A DNA stretch of 64,000 bases from Mayamaea pseudoterrestris (taxonomy: Eukaryota). Each line of letters begins with the position of its first letter. Position 1 is the first letter of the stretch. The stretch covers positions 1-64,000 of the forward strand of contig BROI01000017.1 in the NCBI GenBank assembly GCA_027923505.1, in the 5' to 3' direction. The notes under the pieces were generated by a model. The model searched no databases. It saw only the letters and a program-made list of their open reading frames with translations, and had not been told where the DNA came from. The position numbers were made by a program, and so were the translations under genes. Of the stretch, positions 59,852 to 64,000 are shown piece by piece.

Positions 59852-61744
59852 ATGACGAGGCTACCAACTACTATCTCATCTTGGCTACTAGCTGCCAGTC
59901 TTTTTGCGCAATATACTAGCGCTACAATTACCATGACGGATACTGGTCAGCGGTTTCGCTCAACGGTCGATTCTCACCTTGGCAAGCCGCTCTGGACTGG
60001 CTACGACTACTACGCCCGCCTTCAGTATTTGCCGCTTCCGCAGTCGAATGGTTCTACGGAGGAACATGCAGCAGTCAGCAATCTATGCAGTCCTCCGGCA
60101 ATCACAAACTTGACAGTTCCAGCCGATGGATTACCAGTGGCGCTACTGGTGCAGGGCGGAGGGTGCTCGACGCAGCAAAAGATCAACGTTGCCTTGCAAT
60201 ATATCCAACCAGCTTCCTTGTTGCGATTTCTAATTATTAATGATATCAATCATCATGAGGATGAGCCGGGGAGAATTACAAATATAGCTCATGATATGGA
60301 AACGTCGCAGGAGCAGATTGCATTCGTATTGGAGCAGCAGCATTTTGAAACAACGAGCTCTTTGGATTCAAGTGTCAATCCAGCGTCTGTTCGCATACCG
60401 CCAGCGGAATACGCCTTTCCAAAGCAAGATTTTAACGGAGACGATCTGCCTGACAAGATTATTCCGCTACATGTTCTGCATATTACGAATCCAGTCTACG
60501 AGCAACTGCTCAACGTTTATCTACTGCCCGATGCGCAAACGCTATCTAGCGGCGGACCGAGAGTCACCATTGACGGAACGAGCGGATCAAGCTACTTTGG
60601 CTTGCTAGACAATTCAACAGCACTTTGGATTAGCTTGTTTGCCATTTGCGCAGCCTGCGCCTGCACGGTGTTGATATTGGTGGGAAACAGTATGAACCAG
60701 AGTCAGCATGATTGGGAGGAGTGGAACCGACAGCAGCAAGTGCAGCAGCAACAGCAACGAAGACAGCGGCGGCGACTGACGCGCGAGCAGATAAGAAAAC
60801 TGTTGCCGCAGTATCGCTACGATGGACTGCAACTGAATTTGGTTTTGCAGCAGAGTGCGCATGACGCTAGCGTTGGCAAGCAGCAGCAAGGACTTGGTGG
60901 TGGTATCGACGATGAGAATGCGCATTTGAGGGACGCGCTGCTAGCACCGCCATCGTCACTTCCGCCATCGACACTGGCAATCAATCTGGAACTGGACTGC
61001 TGCAGCGTATGCTTGGACGATTACGAAGTCAATGACAAGGTGCGGGTGTTGCCTTGCCACCACTGCTTTCATAGTCGCTGCGTCGGACGATGGCTCGCCG
61101 AGCGGTCGGCGACTTGTCCACTCTGCAAGACGGAACTATGGGCTGAGGAAGACATTGAAGAAGCGGAGAATGAAAGAGAGCAACGCCATGAGGAGGAAAT
61201 TGGGCGACCAGCTGTAGACGAGGATTCAATATGGAATCGAATCTTCTTTGGAGCACTAAGTCGGCGAGACCAAGCGGCAGATGGAGTAGTCGCGAATGTT
61301 ATGCCAGTAGTTGGGACGGAGCAGGAAATGACGGCGCTTCAGCCAAGGCAGGAATCAGCTGGAGGAGGCGGTTTGGCTCGTGCCGTTCGTCATTCGTGGC
61401 TGCGACGCATTCTTCCCAGTCATGCACCTTGGGCTGCGCGAACGGACGAGGAGGCTGAAACTGCAGAAATGTTGACTGAGCCGTTGCTCGCGGATGAAGA
61501 GACTGGTCAGGCCGGAGTGGCCATAACGGAAGGTGAGACTGAACGACGAGAGATTTCGCTTGCTGCGTCATCGACTCGAGAGGAGCCAGTGGAAGTCGTG
61601 GTCGAGGCGCAGAATCAATCGGCACGAGATGCACAAGAAGAGACAGTTTTGGAGGCTGACCAGCACGATGAGGAACAATTGGTACCTCCGCTACCAGCCA
61701 TTGCGGAACCGACCGATTCTCCTCCGAGGCAAGTATCAGTCTAG
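59852..61744 (+). CDS. PA-TM-RING-H2 E3 ubiquitin ligase (second copy)
   Basis: Signal peptide, PA-like domain (VALLVQGGGCSTQQK), TM helix and RING-H2 (CSVCLDDY..LPCHHCFHSRCVGRWL..CPLCK). Confidence 0.88.
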   Translation: MTRLPTTISSWLLAASLFAQYTSATITMTDTGQRFRSTVDSHLGKPLWTGYDYYARLQYLPLPQSNGSTEEHAAVSNLCSPPAITNLTVPADGLPVALLVQGGGCSTQQKINVALQYIQPASLLRFLIINDINHHEDEPGRITNIAHDMETSQEQIAFVLEQQHFETTSSLDSSVNPASVRIPPAEYAFPKQDFNGDDLPDKIIPLHVLHITNPVYEQLLNVYLLPDAQTLSSGGPRVTIDGTSGSSYFGLLDNSTALWISLFAICAACACTVLILVGNSMNQSQHDWEEWNRQQQVQQQQQRRQRRRLTREQIRKLLPQYRYDGLQLNLVLQQSAHDASVGKQQQGLGGGIDDENAHLRDALLAPPSSLPPSTLAINLELDCCSVCLDDYEVNDKVRVLPCHHCFHSRCVGRWLAERSATCPLCKTELWAEEDIEEAENEREQRHEEEIGRPAVDEDSIWNRIFFGALSRRDQAADGVVANVMPVVGTEQEMTALQPRQESAGGGGLARAVRHSWLRRILPSHAPWAARTDEEAETAEMLTEPLLADEETGQAGVAITEGETERREISLAASSTREEPVEVVVEAQNQSARDAQEETVLEADQHDEEQLVPPLPAIAEPTDSPPRQVSV

Positions 61745-61903
61745 ATAGCTACATTGTACTGGGGTCTATCTTATTGTTAGTTTAATGCATAGTCCATGGT
61801 TATTACTAATGCTTTATACGTTAGTCTTGTACAGTAGGGCATGCATCATGCCAACTGCATTGCCGTCCATTTTACATACAATACCTAGAAGGCACTGTAC
61901 GAA

Positions 61904-63037
61904 TCATTCGACTGTCGCCATTCCCTTCATCATATCAATGGCGCTCGGTATCAAATATATCTGCTCAAAGCCAATGCCCGCCATTGTCGGGTAGCTCGAC
62001 AGGACTGGAAACCTTCCAGTGAATTCGTGGCGGTCGCGCTGTTGCTTTTGCTGCTTTTTAATTCGTCGCCCTCGTCGTTCACGGCGACCAGTAGTACCGG
62101 TAGCCTGTTGACTTACTCGCTTACTAGTCTGCCGCTGCTGCAGGCGCTGACCACGCGCCGCCAATGTTCCAACAAACTGCGCCAAGTAAAAGGAAAAGTA
62201 TCTTGCTTCTGGCCCATGTTCAATCGCTTCAAAGGCAATGTTTGTATTATTGTAGGATCCATATTCAAACAAGTTCTTCTCCGGATGAAACTGAACGCCA
62301 TAAAAGGGAAACTCTTTTGGCAACCGCGGTTCCATCGTACTGACGAATGGCTTGCCATTGGCGTCAACGTTAACAGATGTAACGTAAAAGTTCGAGGAAA
62401 GCATAGAGTTTTGCAAAAACACGTTCGGATCAACTCCCATGTGATGATTGTTCATGGTTATGGGAAGGTTTGAGACCATGTTGAATACAGTAAAGTCATT
62501 GTATAGTTGCGAGTTTGTGGCATCGACTTGATCCAGCGGCAAACTCATGTTCCAAGCCGCATAGTCAATCTCCAAAAGGTTTCGTCCACCGAAATACTCG
62601 ACCAAATGTTCAAAGCCAAGGCAAGTTCCCCAAACACTAAAGTAGATGCCATCTTGATTGCTTCGATGCGCCTTGTCGAGCATGTATGACACGGCATGGT
62701 TCAAGACGGAGCCTCCGCCTGGCAAGAATAGGGCGTTGATTTCACCAAATATTTCGTCCAGCAGATCCTGCGGAGCATCGTAGGGAATGGGAATACTTCG
62801 CATGCCGCCAACTTCGAGCCATTTTTGGTAGGACGCAGCAATGTAGTTTTGACAGACTGTAGTTGTACTGCATTTCTTCAATGACGATTCATTGTGACAG
62901 CCTGCTGATACGTGCTCCTGGCAAAAGGGCTCGGAAAAGACGCCAACGACTGGAGTCGACGCAGTCGCCGAACTGAACAATAGAGATAAGAAAACGAAGA
63001 ATAGACAGAATTGGATGGAGAGACTCTCCATGATCAT
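61904..63037 (-). CDS. GGH: Gamma-glutamyl hydrolase (peptidase C26)
   Basis: Motifs YIAASYQKW, LPGGG, WGTCLGFE, NNHHMG and YGVQFHPEK, plus a signal peptide. Confidence 0.92.
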   Translation of the reverse strand: MIMESLSIQFCLFFVFLSLLFSSATASTPVVGVFSEPFCQEHVSAGCHNESSLKKCSTTTVCQNYIAASYQKWLEVGGMRSIPIPYDAPQDLLDEIFGEINALFLPGGGSVLNHAVSYMLDKAHRSNQDGIYFSVWGTCLGFEHLVEYFGGRNLLEIDYAAWNMSLPLDQVDATNSQLYNDFTVFNMVSNLPITMNNHHMGVDPNVFLQNSMLSSNFYVTSVNVDANGKPFVSTMEPRLPKEFPFYGVQFHPEKNLFEYGSYNNTNIAFEAIEHGPEARYFSFYLAQFVGTLAARGQRLQQRQTSKRVSQQATGTTGRRERRGRRIKKQQKQQRDRHEFTGRFPVLSSYPTMAGIGFEQIYLIPSAIDMMKGMATVE

Positions 63038-63299
63038 TTAGGCGTAAGTGACGAGTCAATGAAAGTGATGGCGAGAGGCGGACAGGGAAACGAGTGCGCG
63101 ATTTGCTGCACCGATGCTCGCTTTGTTTATTAAGTATTTCAAATATATCCTTTCAATTATCATCCAATAGAGTAGTATGTATGTATCAGCAGTCGAAAGA
63201 ATAAGGTGGAGAGGAGCAGCAGCTGCAGGACCACACGGAAGTTGTTATCAACCTGGAGGAACATTGATGATGCGCTCTGTCTCCCAGTGAGCCATTCTC

Positions 63300-63648
63300 G
63301 CGTCACGAGGCAATAGTACGAAACGAGTGCCAGTGAAAACAACGTCACAAGGCAATAGTACAAAACGAGTGCCAGTGAAAACTGCGTCATAAGGCAATAT
63401 TATGAAACAAGTGCCAGTGAAAACTGCGTCATGAGGCAATAGTACAAAACGAGTGCCAGTGAAAACTGCGTCAGCAAGCAATCTATCTGAAACGAGTGCC
63501 AGTGAAAACCCACTCATGAGGCTATAATACAAAACGACTGCCAGTGAAAACTGCGTCATAAGGCAATACTGTGAAACGTGTGCCAGTGAAAACTACGTCA
63601 CGAGGCAATAGTATGAAACGAGTGCCAGTGAAAACTGCGTCAGCAAGG
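63300..63648 (-). repeat. 42-bp minisatellite array, family A copy 3 (~8 units)
   Basis: Units of aaacgagtgccagtgaaaactgcgtca..aggcaatagta with a 42-bp period. Confidence 0.93.
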
Positions 63649-63933
63649 CTTAAGTGGAACATGAGACGAGCACGCGGTGCACATCACAAGACGACAACAT
63701 GTTTGATGCACAAGACCATGAGATTGGTTGAGCATGCACCACGCCACTCCATCTTTACTATTACATTCAAATTCCATCAGCCATTCATTATTTACAGCCT
63801 CTTCACATACTTACGACTTTGCAGCGGAGGCAGCAGTTTCCAAAAGCTCCGCTTTGCCTTTGGATCCTCTCCTGAACTTTCATCGAGAATTCAATCGCGA
63901 GAAGGAAAGTCGACCATCAGAAGATACATCATC

Positions 63934-64000
63934 ATGTCATCCACAATGAACTCCTACATTGACATTGGCGCCAATCTGCTGGACGATCGATTCTTGCAGG
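63934..64000 (+). CDS. Start of a TatD-family DNase (truncated by the window end)
   Basis: MSSTMNSYIDIGANLLDDRFLQ. IDIGANL is the N-terminal motif of TATDN1-type TatD proteins. Confidence 0.7.
   Translation, partial: MSSTMNSYIDIGANLLDDRFLQ

Overview
This is eukaryotic nuclear DNA from a diatom. The evidence is short GT-AG introns, a silicon transporter, a fucoxanthin-chlorophyll protein with an ASAFAP-type plastid presequence, and several diatom-style orphan families. The window opens with about 4.65 kb of a 181-bp tandem satellite whose monomer carries a long imperfect inverted repeat. About 25 compact genes follow: a DUF1995 plastid protein, a large KxxK/Cys-repeat membrane protein head-to-head with a motif-divergent SIT silicon transporter, a GRDP/SUMO-like fusion, a cold-shock protein, PP4c, an MMPL/RND-like protein, actin, a cupin, two PA-TM-RING ligases, an F-box protein, ORC3, DYRK, two M43 metalloproteases, a SAP-like protein, an SNase, an FCP, gamma-glutamyl hydrolase and the start of TatD. 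Mobile and repetitive content comprises an RT-less, RNase H-bearing non-LTR element, an intact Crypton-like tyrosine recombinase, three dispersed arrays of a 42-bp repeat, a second hairpin/~41-bp repeat family and a frameshifted DUF6824-type pseudogene. The best leads are the SIT plus KxxK protein pair, the dispersed 42-bp arrays, the recombinase element and the satellite structure. All family assignments come from reading motifs by eye; no database search was run.
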